Source: Octopus vulgaris (Eukaryota). Taken from it: a stretch of 64,000 nt of DNA. How positions within the stretch are numbered: the first letter of the stretch is position 1; each line of letters opens with the position of its first letter. Under the pieces are notes generated by a model. That model was not told the DNA's origin. It ran no database searches and saw only the letters and a program-made list of their open reading frames with translations. The stretch covers positions 100,378,001 through 100,442,000 of the forward strand of contig OX597817.1 of NCBI GenBank assembly GCA_951406725.2, given 5' to 3'. Positions 27,310 to 38,974 of this stretch are shown here, in pieces. A program made the translations under genes and the position numbers.

Positions 27310-29910
27310 ATCATCATCATCATCGTTTAACGTCCGCTTTCCATGCTAGCATGGGTTGGACGATTTTGACTGAGGTCTGGCGAACCAGATGGCTACACCA
27401 GGCTCCAATCTTGATCTGGCAGAGTTTCTACAGCTGGATGCCCTTCGTAACGCCAACCACTCCGAGAGTGTAGTGGGTGCTTTTTACATGTGCCAGTGAA
27501 GCGACGTTGGTAACGATCACGCTTGAATGGTGCCCTTTTATGAGTCATGGGTACGGAAGCCAGTTGGCTGCTCTGGCAACGATCACGGTCGGATGGTGCT
27601 CTTGGCACCCTACTAGCACAGGCATAAGTGCCAGCAAGGCGACGCTGGTAACGATCATACTCGAATAGCCGCTCTGTCAACGTTCACACTCGTATGGTGC
27701 TCTTTGCACCCACCCTGCTAGCACGAATGCCAGTCATTGAATTGATTTTGATATCACTTGCCTCAACAGGTCTTCACAAGCAGAGTTTAGTGACCAAAGA
27801 AGGAAAGGTATGCATACGCGGGCTGATCACGCTCCTGGCATAGGCCACAGGTTACGGTCTCATTTGGCTTGCCGGGTCTTCTTGAGCATAGCATATTTCC
27901 AAAAGTCCCGGTCTCGAGTCATTTCCTTTGTGAGGCCTAATGTTCGAAGGTCGTGCTTCACCACATTATCCCAGGTCTTCCTCTTCCGCGTGGCACTTTT
28001 TCATGCAGCTATCCTCATCCATACTAGCGCAGTCATCTCTCTTGCACACCACATCTAATGCTTCTTAGGTCCAACTTTTCTCTCAAGGTACCTACACTGT
28101 CAAGTATGCACACTGACATTACACATCCATCGGATCATACTGGCTTCATTCCTTGCGAGCTTACGCATGTCCTCAGCAGTCACAGCCCACGTCTTACTGC
28201 CGTGTAGCATGGCTGTTCGTACACATGCATCATAGTCTACCTTTTACTCTGAGCGAGAGGCCCTTTGTCACCAGCAGAGGTAAGAGCTCTCTGAGCTTTG
28301 CCTAAGCTATGCTTATTCTAGCAGCTACACTTTCAGCACACCCTCCTAGATAGCGGAAGCTATCAACTATTTCTAGTTTTTCTCCCTGGAATGTGGCGGA
28401 AGTTGGTCACTGTGCATTTTCAGTGTTAAATCGCTCCCGAGCATCTGCCACATACAAAAACTATTTTCCCAGTTAGCCTTCCTTTGATATTACTACACCT
28501 CGTGTCCATAGCTTACACTGTGTGCACCTTACAGAGTTTCTACCTGCGCCTCTACTACAGATTGAGCAGGGCCATCTACTTGAAGGGATTTGTGGTTTGC
28601 CTGCCTTCCTACCTATTAGGACTTTGGTTTTAGCTAGGTTGATCTTAAGGCCCTTCGATTCTAATCCTTGTTTCCACACTTGAAACTTCTCTAGTTCTGA
28701 CAGTGACTCAGCAATTAGAGCAAGGTCGTCAGCATAGAGGAGCATCCTGTCTTGAATTCCTGTTATTGCCCGGAGGACTATGATAAATAGGAGGGGGCTG
28801 AGGACTGAACCCCAATCTCTACCTTGGAATTCTTCAGTGTACTTGTTGCCAACCCTTACCTTACAGCATCCCTGTACATGGCTTGCACAGCCCTCACTAA
28901 CCATCTATCCCTAGTTGCCTCATTGACCACCAGATAAGGGATCAAGGGACCCTGTCAACAAAAGCCAGGTACAGGGGCTTATCTTTGGCTAGGTATTTCT
29001 CCTGCAGCTGTCTCACCAGAAATATGGCATCAGTGGTGCTTTTCTCTGACACGAAGCCAAACTGCATCTTGTCCAAGTTGACCCTCTGTAACACTCTTCA
29101 TTACCTGATCCAACAGCTTGATACCTCTGTAATTATTTGTATCTAGGGAGTCACCTTTACCTTTGTAGCTGTTGACTATTAACCTGTTACACCAGTCATC
29201 GGGTATGACTCCTTCGTGTATCACCTGGTTAACTATACAGATGACTAGGCTATAGCCGACACCACCAGATATTTTGAGCATCTCTGCAGTAATTCCTGAT
29301 GGGCCTGGAGCTTTCCCTGCCTTCACGCTTCTAATTGCCTCAACTACCAAGGAACTGTTGGGTCGACATTTGGCAGACTCTTTCTCCCATTCATTTTTTT
29401 TTATTCAGCAACCTTTCATAATGGCGTCTCCAAACCTCTCACTTTGCATCCTTATGTAGCGCAAGTGAACCATCATCCATGCGAACACATTTCTCTCCTA
29501 CCACATTACGAAATACCTCAAGTCCTTGGTCCTCACGGCGCAGAACATTGGCAAATTATTTCTTATCTGCCTCCACTCTGGCCAAATAAACCTGCCTCCT
29601 AGCTTCCCTTCTGGCAGTCTGATACACTTTCCTGCTACCACTGTTCTTCCAAGCATGTTTCTTTTGTCTAAATAGCCTTGTCGACAACATTGCCCCACCA
29701 CCACGGTATTTTGGGTTGAGAGGGGGCTTTGCACCATCCACAGAGCCGGTCGGTGGCCCTTAGCAGGTTGTCCCATAGGAACCTCCAGTTGTCTTCTATT
29801 TCGTCAAAGGCCCCAAGTAATATGTCTCTAAACCTTTGTCCGTCAGCAGGATCTTTAAGTCTCCAAACCCATCTTGGGTTTGCGGGTCGTCTTCTGGGTA
29901 TCCACTGACA
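27310..29910 (-). mobile_element. RTE LINE, 5'-truncated, decayed RT plus full 3' UTR
   Basis: ORF pieces GKAPGPSGITAEMLK, YKGKGD...NYRGIKLL, GSVLSPLLF, LLYADDLALIA; (CAT)n tail at 27311. Confidence 0.92.
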
Positions 29911-30901
29911 AAAAATGGACACCAGCTTTATTCTGTCAAGCAGTGAGTCAGAAACCCAAAATTGCACCTCAATGGAGCAAGAACTTAAAAACTTTCTTAC
30001 GGTGATTTTTGTGAAGAGTCAGTCCTTACCAGGAGAGAAAACCGTGACTATTTCCAGCATAAAAAAAAAAAAAAAAAAAGGAAGGGCCCCAGTGGAAGGT
30101 CTGCTGAAACAACTAATATGCATTCTGCAAGGTTGCATTATGTAGAGCAGGGTGCTTTACATATTCTCATGACAGGAATATTGTAGGATTTGATTTTACA
30201 AATATTTTCAAATTCACTTCATTTTTATTGTCTATCTATAATTTTAGCTTGCCTGTAAGGTGAGTTACGAATTTTGATTAACTTCTTTTGTAAATCATTA
30301 TTGTAGGTTTCTGTAGGAGTTCATTTCATCCAGCTGGTGTGTATTTTATTTTCTTGGTTTCCTTAGAGAAATTCCAGTATTTCCTCCTATTTATACCCCT
30401 ATGGTACACGTGTCTTTTGTGTCTAAATTCAGCTGATAAATCCAGTAATGTGCACAATTCTTCCACAGTAAAATTTTGTATATCTAATTGAATATTAGTT
30501 AATAACCCATTTTCTATAGTAATGATTTAACAAAACTTAATTCTATATTTTGTTGAACCTAACAGTAGTCACTTTGAGACTAAAATTATGGAATGAAATT
30601 GGTTGAGAACATTTCGTTAAATTTTCTCCAAAAGATCACATTAACATGATGAGAAATATTTTTTTAAAAATGAAACCAGTCTAAACTTTTGACTATTTTA
30701 GAAATCAAATGAAATACACAAGGGATGTATTTTGGTTAGAAATATGGCAATGAGTAGGATAAGTGTGAGGAGGCAGATCTGGCCAGTTTCAACAAAAAGC
30801 AGGTAGGATGATTTAGCCAGATATGGCTGGCTTAAATAAGGAGTTAAAAGAATACTGATGCCAAATAATTACAAGAGAACCATACCGCTTAACAATTGTA
30901 C

Positions 30902-30907
30902 TTTATT
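30902..30907 (-). terminator. RPS8 polyadenylation signal AATAAA
   Basis: tttatt on +, about 120 nt past the RPS8 stop codon. Confidence 0.7.
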
Positions 30908-31028
30908 TGCCCAATTATTGTAATATCTCTGACAGGCATTCCAACAGAAAGAATGACCACTCTCACAGCAGGAGATCAAGGAATCTCCCGATTTCCCAAA
31001 AATATAGGCAACACCCCACTTGAGACAA

Positions 31029-31138
31029 CTATTTCCCTTTCTTCGCCTTGATCTTCCTCATATAAAATTCAAGTTCTTTTCCTTCAAGTACAATACCATC
31101 AGATTTACCATATTGACCTGGTCGTGAAGTGATTTTCG
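31029..31138 (-). CDS. RPS8: 40S ribosomal protein S8 (eS8), exon 6
   Basis: [36 protein letters not shown]; TTTGCAG acceptor. Confidence 0.96.
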
Positions 31139-31344
31139 CTGCAAAGAAAAAAAACACAAAAAAACCTTAATAAACAGAAAAAAATACATTTCCCAATTTA
31201 GATTGTTCAACAAATCACTTTATCAATGGCACTACACAAATTTATAGTGAAACATGAATCTATATAATCAAAATTCTTCAAAGTTAAATCAGGTTATGCC
31301 AAACAACTACTCATGCAGATACACCACATTTCTAATTCATTCAA

Positions 31345-31430
31345 TTGGAAAGAGACCATCAAAATTTTGTACAACATTAAATTTCAGCTGAAAGATGGCT
31401 TAAATATTTATCATGGAATCTCTATTCCAA
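31345..31430 (-). ncRNA. Degenerate SNORD51-like C/D snoRNA copy (intron 5)
   Basis: C box ATGATAA, guide GCCATCTTTCAG-CTGA (one mismatch), D box TTGA, terminal stem TTGGAA/TTCCAA. Confidence 0.55.
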
Positions 31431-31494
31431 ACAAATATATCCCAATTCTCCGTACAGTCAGTCAGCCGTGATTTGCATCAATGCAGGTATTTAA

Positions 31495-32643
31495 CCCTCT
31501 CATTACTATATTTCCGACCAAAATACACTCCTCATGAGTTTCAATTAAATTCTAAAATAATCATGAATTTAGGCTTGTTTCATTAAATAACTTTTTTTAT
31601 TTAACATATTAATGTGACATTTGGAACATAATTAAAGAAAGGGTTCTTAATCTATTCTATTACATAACTTTTGTCTCAAATTGACTTTAATTACAGGTAA
31701 ATTGAGCAAAAGGTAAAAACATTAAAATTTTGTTTAATCACCATAGAAAATGAATCATCAGCTAATATTCTAATGGCTATGCAACAAAATTTTGATAAAG
31801 AAGAATTGTGCACACCACTAGATCATCAGTTGAATTTAATGCACAAGGTGGAATAAACTGAAATACTGGAATCCACCGCAAGTTTGACCGAACTAAAGAA
31901 ATCGGTCAAAAAATAATATACGGCCCTGGTTATGGTATGGAAGTGATAAATTCCAGACCACATCGTTCCCTAGGCCATGCTGACTAACATTTTCCCTGTA
32001 TAAAAACTAAATCCACAACAGTACCCAGTATTTAGCTCCACAAATTTTCCAAACTTTGACCCCCCATTTTGTGTTTGTTTACATTCTGCGAAACAGTTTG
32101 CTTCAACAGTGATTGCTCCAAACAAGCATACTGAAAAAAATAAAGTCTAATGGTTTTGCTTCTTAAGAAAGACTATAGATAAACTATCTCCTCAGAAAAA
32201 TTGCTAATAAAATCATTTAAAGTTTTTTTTTTACTTCATTCCGAAGTAAAATCGTCTTTGCTGTCTCTCCATTAACTGCTTTCGGTTAACAGATAAAAAA
32301 AAACATCCCATTCATTATTGTACACCACGTGCTTTAAGACCTCATTCATTCCTTTTCTTTTTCTCGATATCTCCCTATTTTCCGTTGAGAAAGCTTTAAA
32401 TTCAGAATCAATGCTAGATAACATGAAACTCCTATCCATTTTCAAAGTTGAAGAAAAATCTGAGTTCAGATGTCACATCAAGCAATGTCGAATACTATAA
32501 GCCAACTATTTACAAAGTGAAATCACATGTTTTAACGAATGTACCAACGAGATTTGGGTTCAAATTTACATTTAAATAATAGGTTCTCTAGGTTTTGGTA
32601 TTACGAACCAAAAATTTTTTCGGCCGGGTTAGTAACGAAAGGG
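31495..32643. mobile_element. Non-autonomous piggyBac-type element
   Basis: TTAA target duplication at 31491 and 32644; TIR CCCTCTCATTACTA / TAGTAACGAAAGGG; interrupts a flank that is contiguous at ~34530-34610. Confidence 0.85.
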
Positions 32644-32933
32644 TTAACACAATTGCCCTTCTACAAAACTCTAATGCTAACAATTAGATTTGTTGACCTC
32701 AGTTGCTCTATAGATACGTGATACCAAATATGCACCTGTGTGCCTGCCTACTTGACTCAATCTCTTGGCAACTGGTGTACATATCCTATGCTCCAGTAAA
32801 TTAGTGACTCAGTCAAAATAAAAATGTAAGAGACTGATAAGCAGTGAAGTTTGTTCAACTAAAAAGAACTCTTCAAAGAGGTACTGCAGCATAGTTGCAG
32901 TTCAATGACTGACACAAGCAAAATAATACTTAC

Positions 32934-33063
32934 CTAATAATCGACCAGTCATGAATTCTTCTTGAAGAGCTGGCTCAACTTTAGCTGTCTTACGCCGTAA
33001 TGTGTATTTTCTTTGATTCTTTCGTGAACGCACTTTGTTAAGAACAGATTCTTCTTGTTCAGT
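32934..33063 (-). CDS. RPS8: 40S ribosomal protein S8, exon 5
   Basis: TEQEESVLNKVRSRKNQRKY...EEFMTGRLL; 130 nt, canonical sites. Confidence 0.96.
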
Positions 33064-33416
33064 CTACAAAGGTTATAAACAAAATATACACTCAACCAGG
33101 TCACAATTATTATACACAAAACAGATTTCTATCAATCACCACCCAGACATTAGAAAAATGGTGAAGTAATGATATGCACAACCCTCCATGCCAATTGTAC
33201 AGTTTCTCCATATCAAATGTGAACAATATTTCAGAATATTTATGCAAAAAAGGAACAAAAATCATTGTTGCCATCTATATTCAATGGAGTCCTCGACATC
33301 TAACTTACAATTGAATCAAAAGGTAATATTTCTGGATGAAACTTACTCTGCATCCTCAATAAAGGACTCACCAACTGAGGAAGAGGAGAGGAAAAACATT
33401 ATGAGTTATACCAAAC

Positions 33417-33497
33417 GCAGTCAGTGTAACTATGACATACTGGCACCATAGCTAAACATTTAGCTACTACAGCATATATATATGGTCATCATTCTGC
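33417..33497 (-). ncRNA. SNORD46: SNORD46 (U46)-like C/D snoRNA, copy a
   Basis: GCAG-A-ATGATGA...GTCATAGTTACA-CTGA-CTGC; guide complementary to LSU GUAACUAUGAC (human Am3739 / yeast Am2256 site). Confidence 0.88.
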
Positions 33498-33617
33498 TTT
33501 TGGCAAATAAAATTGTACTTGTATAAATAAAGTACAAATCTTTTCTGGTTCAAACAAATGAATATCACACTACTGGTCAACTGTGGAGGAAGAGATGTTA
33601 AGAAAAACATACCAAAC

Positions 33618-33682
33618 ACAGTGTGTAACTATGACAAACTGGCATCAGACTAAACATTTAGCATTGTTGTTCATCATTCTGC
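33618..33682 (-). pseudogene. SNORD46-like copy b, D box lost
   Basis: C box and guide GTCATAGTTACA retained, but followed by CACTG instead of CTGA. Confidence 0.65.
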
Positions 33683-33739
33683 TTTTGGCAAACAAACAGT
33701 CAACTGTGGAAGAAATGTTTAAGAAAAATATACCAAAAA

Positions 33740-33820
33740 GCAATCAGTGTAACTATGACATACTGGCACCATAGCTAAACATTTAGCTACTACAGCATAT
33801 ATATATGGTCATCATTCTGC
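33740..33820 (-). ncRNA. SNORD46: SNORD46 (U46)-like C/D snoRNA, copy c
   Basis: Nearly identical to copy a, with intact C box, guide and D box. Confidence 0.88.
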
Positions 33821-34063
33821 TTTCGGCAACTATACAGACATTTCAAACATGTATTTGTATAAACAAAGATGATTTCCCCCCTTAATTTGGAGACAACCTC
33901 ATTGGCCATAAAACACAAAAGCTCTTGTAACAATATACAAAACAGAATCTAATATATATTCAGTTGACCCGTAAACAAATTCCTATCTTAATGCAACACA
34001 GGAAACTGAGGACAATATAAAGTGACTACTAAGTTCTACCTTTAGCATAAAATTTTATACTAT

Positions 34064-34125
34064 TTGGAAGAGACCATCAGAATTTGGAAAATTATACATC
34101 ATTCTGGTTCAGCTGAAAGATGGCT
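34064..34125 (-). pseudogene. SNORD51-like copy lacking the C box
   Basis: GCCATCTTTCAG-CTGA...TTCTGA-TGGTCTCTTCCAA retained; 5' end replaced. Confidence 0.55.
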
Positions 34126-34390
34126 TTACAAAAATATATGAAGTCACAAGATCTAAGACTAGACACCATATTAAACCCTGCTCTGTGTATAAGTAGTATA
34201 ATCTAACTAGTGAAAGAAAATGACTTAGGCCTTCCTGCTGTTACTAGTTACACATATCTAATTTGTGACAAAATATAAAAACGGATTCTTTGAAAATGAT
34301 CTAAGCAAAGAGAGCCAAGAACACTCACCTGAAATAAGAAGAAAAAAAATTCATATTCAAATAGTCAACTACCTTACCATAATTCTTAAT

Positions 34391-34480
34391 TGGAAAGAGA
34401 TTATCAGAATTACAAAAATTGTACAACATTAAATTTCAGCCGAAAGATGGCGTAATTATTCATCATGCAATCACTTTCCA
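34391..34480 (-). ncRNA. SNORD51: SNORD51 (U51)-like C/D snoRNA, intact
   Basis: TTGC-ATGATGA-ATAA...CCATCTTTCGG-CTGA(D')...TT-CTGA; stem TGGAAAG..GATT/AATC..CTTTCCA; guide pairs with LSU CCGAAAGAUGG (human Am1511 / yeast Am807). Confidence 0.88.
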
Positions 34481-34983
34481 AATGAATACTACAATTCCCT
34501 GTACAGAGTCAGCCATGATATACAACAATGCAGGTATGTAAAAACTGTCCTTATAAATCACAAGATCCCAAAGGTAATAATCAAATTTTAGTTTTGACCT
34601 CAGTTGCTATACAAATTTTTTTCACTTTCATCAACTTAATAGCAGGATAATCTGGATGTTTTTGCATGACCCTGACCTTGAATACAAAACAAAAGTGGTA
34701 TAGCACCCGACAGCACATATTGCTTTATAGTATATTTTATTAACATAAAACATACATCAGAACGCAGGAATTCTCTAGCCTTACACATAGAAATGTCACA
34801 ACATGTGTACCTAAATTGGTGCTATTCCTGCGGAGAAATAACATTGGTTGTGCATCCTCTCCAAATTGGCAGATTTGATGTGAATAAATAGGGGACAAAA
34901 TGAAATATTCCTAGAAAACACAGGAGCCAATGGAAATGAGGTTCGGTAGAAGAGGATTCCAGGAAATATTTCCTTGCTGGAAT

Positions 34984-35110
34984 ACCTGTACTAAATGAGG
35001 GAAAACACTGCCACAACAGTCGGCGCTCATAATATTGAAATGTTTACACTCAATTGGCCATTGCCCACCAACTCTATTTGGTGGATTGAAATGACTGGGA
35101 AGGAGAGTGA
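34984..35110 (-). ncRNA. Candidate box H/ACA snoRNA (two pocketed hairpins, terminal ACA)
   Basis: Hairpin 1: CACTC/GAGTG, GTCATT/AATGGC, TCCACCAA/TTGGTGGG. Hairpin 2: ATGAG/CTCAT, ACTG/CAGT. ATATTA in the hinge, then ACA+3 nt. Box spacing is imperfect. Confidence 0.45.
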
Positions 35111-35549
35111 ATGAATCTGAAACATTCAAATTTTCTTTTAATTTTTAACACACATACAAATTTATTGTATTTATAAAACATTTGCGAAAAGTTAAAGATG
35201 CAACTGATTGAAACATTATAAACCTGAGTGACTATGAAAATTTTAAAGCACTGTATCAAGTTTGTCACCCACATTCAACATGCAGAAAGTACTCGGGTTT
35301 GCCTTAAATGAAGGAATAAATGGAATTGTGGCAGTAGATTTTTACCTCTGCAGGCTCATTTATTGATGCCAAGATAAGATACTACTTATAGTATAGCATA
35401 ATTTTGTTCAGGTATGAAAAACTGCAAGATACACTATAAATTGGGTAAGTCAGCTAATTAAATGTTACCAGTTACCATGTGTAAACAATGCTTGGTTATA
35501 TGTGCTAATGTAAGATAGCTAAACCACTTCTGTTCATGACTGCCACAGA

Positions 35550-35626
35550 AGAGACAATCAGAATTTTGAAAATTGTACACTAAATTTCAACCAAAAGATG
35601 GTTAAATTATTCATCATGCAATCTCT
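35550..35626 (-). ncRNA. SNORD51: SNORD51-like C/D snoRNA, variant copy
   Basis: ATGATGA, guide ACCATCTTTTGG (U-G wobble), D' TTGA, D CTGA, stem AGAGAT/GTCTCT. Confidence 0.75.
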
Positions 35627-36002
35627 ATCCAAACAATAACACTTAAAGACTTCTGATAGGCTTCAAATTACATAACTGCAAATGCCTGCAATGCATTAAC
35701 TACTATAAAAATTACTGCAATTTTTTCATCACTATCCGTAAAAAAAAAAAAAAAAAAAATTTTAGCTTGAAGGCCGCGGCCATGCTGGGGCACCACCACC
35801 GAAACTACAAAACTACATCAATGTCAAAAATCTGAAATGCTTCAAATACTTGAAGAAACTTAATCTCTCAGATGCCTCATCAGCATAAGTGCAGCCATGT
35901 AACTCAACTGTCATTACAAATCACAGAACACAATGACAACCACATTTTAACTTTGGTGATGTCAAACTCAACATTGTAAGTCCAGGGTACAAGATTACTT
36001 AC

Positions 36003-36178
36003 CAATTTCACGCCTTTTTTCCTACCCAGAGGCAGAGCATAATGAGCTTCATACCATTGTCGGAAAGGAGTACCATCAATTGTTACGATGCAACTTTTTA
36101 CCAAAGTCTTCATTCTTACCAACTCATTATTACTGGCATTGTATACAACATCTATAATTCTGCTTTTGCGGGTGATGC
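36003..36178 (-). CDS. RPS8: 40S ribosomal protein S8, exon 4
   Basis: [31 protein letters not shown]...[19 protein letters not shown]; 176 nt. Confidence 0.97.
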
Positions 36179-36984
36179 CTGCAAATTAATGAAATTTTTA
36201 AATACACTTAAGAGGTTTTAATGGAAGATATTAACTTAAATTTAAAACAAGTTTGTATCACAGAACCAGCAGCAGTCTCAGACTGGTTGATATCAAAATG
36301 GTTAAACCTGTATCCTAATTATTCCCTAAATGTTAAGGTGATGCAATATGTGAAACTGAACTGTTTAGAAACGTATAAATTCAGCAAATACTATGAAGTA
36401 ATTCACAAAGTGTAAAATTAATAAAACACAAGTCCTCAAAACAACCCCCCAGCTTAATGGATCAAATATAAATTATAAATTACATAAAACCTGTTACTCA
36501 AGTGAAAGCTATGCAACTGACTAAACAGAAATTGCATGCATATGATCAATACCACACAGAACCTATATTCACCTCTCATAGAACTAAAAAATATCATTCA
36601 GTAAACAATGTGATATCTTAATACCACTTTCAAACTTAATCTTTAACTCCAACATTTAAACTAACCATAATATTCTATCTTCAGATTACTGTCAATGCAA
36701 CGCTTGTTTATTCACACTTTTTAATCAATTATGCATTATCAAGTAATAATGAGATTATGATATGATTACTTATAGAATGAAACTGTAGAGTAGGTGTTAG
36801 GCCAGAAACTGGTTGGTTTAAATGCCATATCTCCTCATACCCACACTACAATATCATTCTAAAAAACAATCATTGAAATTTCGAAGCTGCAAGATAATGC
36901 ATGATTAATTCAAAGCAATCTGAACACACAAGCATTACATTTGATAGAACAATCCGAATGTGCAAGGGTTAAGATCATGTAAAG

Positions 36985-37042
36985 CAATACTTCAGCAGCA
37001 AAGAGTAATGAAGACCATCGTGAACTATTTCATCATCTGCAG
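36985..37042 (-). pseudogene. SNORD35-like copy 1, 3' part (second guide, D box) deleted
   Basis: ATGATGA and TCACGATGGTCT retained; ~19-nt deletion at an ACT microhomology. Confidence 0.65.
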
Positions 37043-37603
37043 ATTACTTTCAATATTTATATGAAATCCTGTTATAAATCATACCAATTAAGTTACCATC
37101 TCATGTTAAAAAAAAAAAAAAAGCATTGAAGCCATCAAACTAATTCACCAAAATATTACTTCTAATTGGACAAGAATAGTATCCTCTACATCCAAAGACC
37201 ATACATCCCAATGTATACTTAATTTATTTTTAGTAAATGTAAGGTGCTTTAACTCTTACAAATTATATAAACTTCAGATTTGGTATCCAACAGACTCAAC
37301 AATAATGGGTAGACATTATTTGAATCAGATGTTTCAATTTATACTTAGAATAGTAAAAGCTTAGTAGTGAATGTGACAATTCCAAAGAGAATAATATAAA
37401 TTGACAAGTGAACTTGACAACACATTTTTGATGATAGGCGGTATACTTGTTTGTTTACAATGAACATACAATAATACATTTTTCAGACAATTAGGGTGAA
37501 ACCTTGTCAGTGAAGCAAAATTATATACTTTCTCAGAAACTATACACACATGCTAGGTATTCTAACTCCACACATTCATTTCTGAAAGCTATATAAAGCA
37601 ATA

Positions 37604-37675
37604 CTGCATCAGGTCTGGATAACTTCAGCAGCAAAGAGTAATGAAGACCATCGTGAAAGATTTCATCATCTGCAG
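37604..37675 (-). ncRNA. SNORD35: SNORD35 (U35)-like C/D snoRNA, copy 2
   Basis: CTGCA-G-ATGATGA...TTTCACGATGGTCT...TGCTGA(C')...CTGA-TGCAG; guide pairs with LSU AGACCGUCGUGAGA (human Cm4506 / yeast Cm2959). Confidence 0.85.
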
Positions 37676-38297
37676 ATTACTTTCAACATTCATGTGAAAA
37701 TGTTACAAATCTATTATAAACTTAACCAGTTATATTACCATCACATGTTAATAAATGCACTGAAGTCATTAAACTAATTTACAAGCATATCTCAGATGTG
37801 AACACCACCAAATTCAGTTCGAAGAATTACATTTATATATCAAATTTGAAGGCAAACAGAAAAGATCTCAAATTTCCACTAATTATTCAAGAATTGTATC
37901 AACATCTAAGACCGTATATCCCAATTAATTTCTTTCTAATATAGAGTCAATGCATTATGAAAGAATTTACTTTAAAAAAAGTGTTGTGTCTAAACTCTTG
38001 AAAATTATATAAACTTCAGACTTGGTATCCTAGTGACTGACTCAACAATAAGCAGACTTTCCTAAAATCAGACATTTCAGTGTACATGGAAAAATTTAGT
38101 GAAAGTGGCAAGTGATTCCAAAAAAGAGAATAAAATTAACTAGTGTACCTGTCAACACTTATTTTTGATGATAGGTGGTATACCTCTTCGTTTACAATGT
38201 TATATTTCTCAATCATGATGGAATCTTGTCAGTGAAGCAAAATTGTATACTTGTCCATGCCACACATGTTCAATTCTGAAAGCTATATAAAGCAATA

Positions 38298-38369
38298 CTG
38301 CATCAGGTCTGGATAACTTCAGCAGCAAAGAGTAATGAAGACCATCGTGAAAGATTTCATCATCTGCAG
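38298..38369 (-). ncRNA. SNORD35: SNORD35-like C/D snoRNA, copy 3
   Basis: Identical 72 nt to copy 2. Confidence 0.85.
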
Positions 38370-38902
38370 ATTACTTTCAACATTCATATGAAAATGTAAC
38401 AAGCTCATCTATTATAAACCATACCAATTAAGTCACCAACTCATGTCTTAAGAAAATAATAGAAGCCATCAAACTAATTCACTAGAATATTTCCACTAAT
38501 TAATCAAGAATTGTATCCTTCTCATTCAAAGACCATACACCCTGATGTATACTTAATGCATTATGAAATAATTTATTTTCTACAAAATTGTGGTATTCTA
38601 ATTCTTGAAAATTATATAGACTTCAGATTTGGTATCTAACAGTCTCAACAACAATGCTTGAATCAGATATTTCAATTTACACTTAGAATAGTAAAAATTT
38701 AAAAGTGAACGTAACAATGAAAGGATACCAAAGATGATAGGTGGTATACTTGATTGTTTACAATAAACATGCAATAATACATTTTTCAGACAAGGTGAAA
38801 TCTTGTCAGTGAAGCAAAATTATATACTTTCTCAGAAACTATACACACATGCTAGGTATTCTAACTCCACACATTCATTTCTGAAAGCTATATAAAGCAA
38901 TA

Positions 38903-38974
38903 CTGCATCAGGTCTGGATAACTTCAGCAGCAAAGAGTAATGAAGACCATCGTGAAAGATTTCATCATCTGCAG
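38903..38974 (-). ncRNA. SNORD35: SNORD35-like C/D snoRNA, copy 4
   Basis: Identical 72 nt to copy 2. Confidence 0.85.

Noticed and set aside
34906-34914. ATATTCCTA, the U17/snR30 m1 motif
   Set aside because: On the non-host strand and lacking the partner m2 motif AAACCAT
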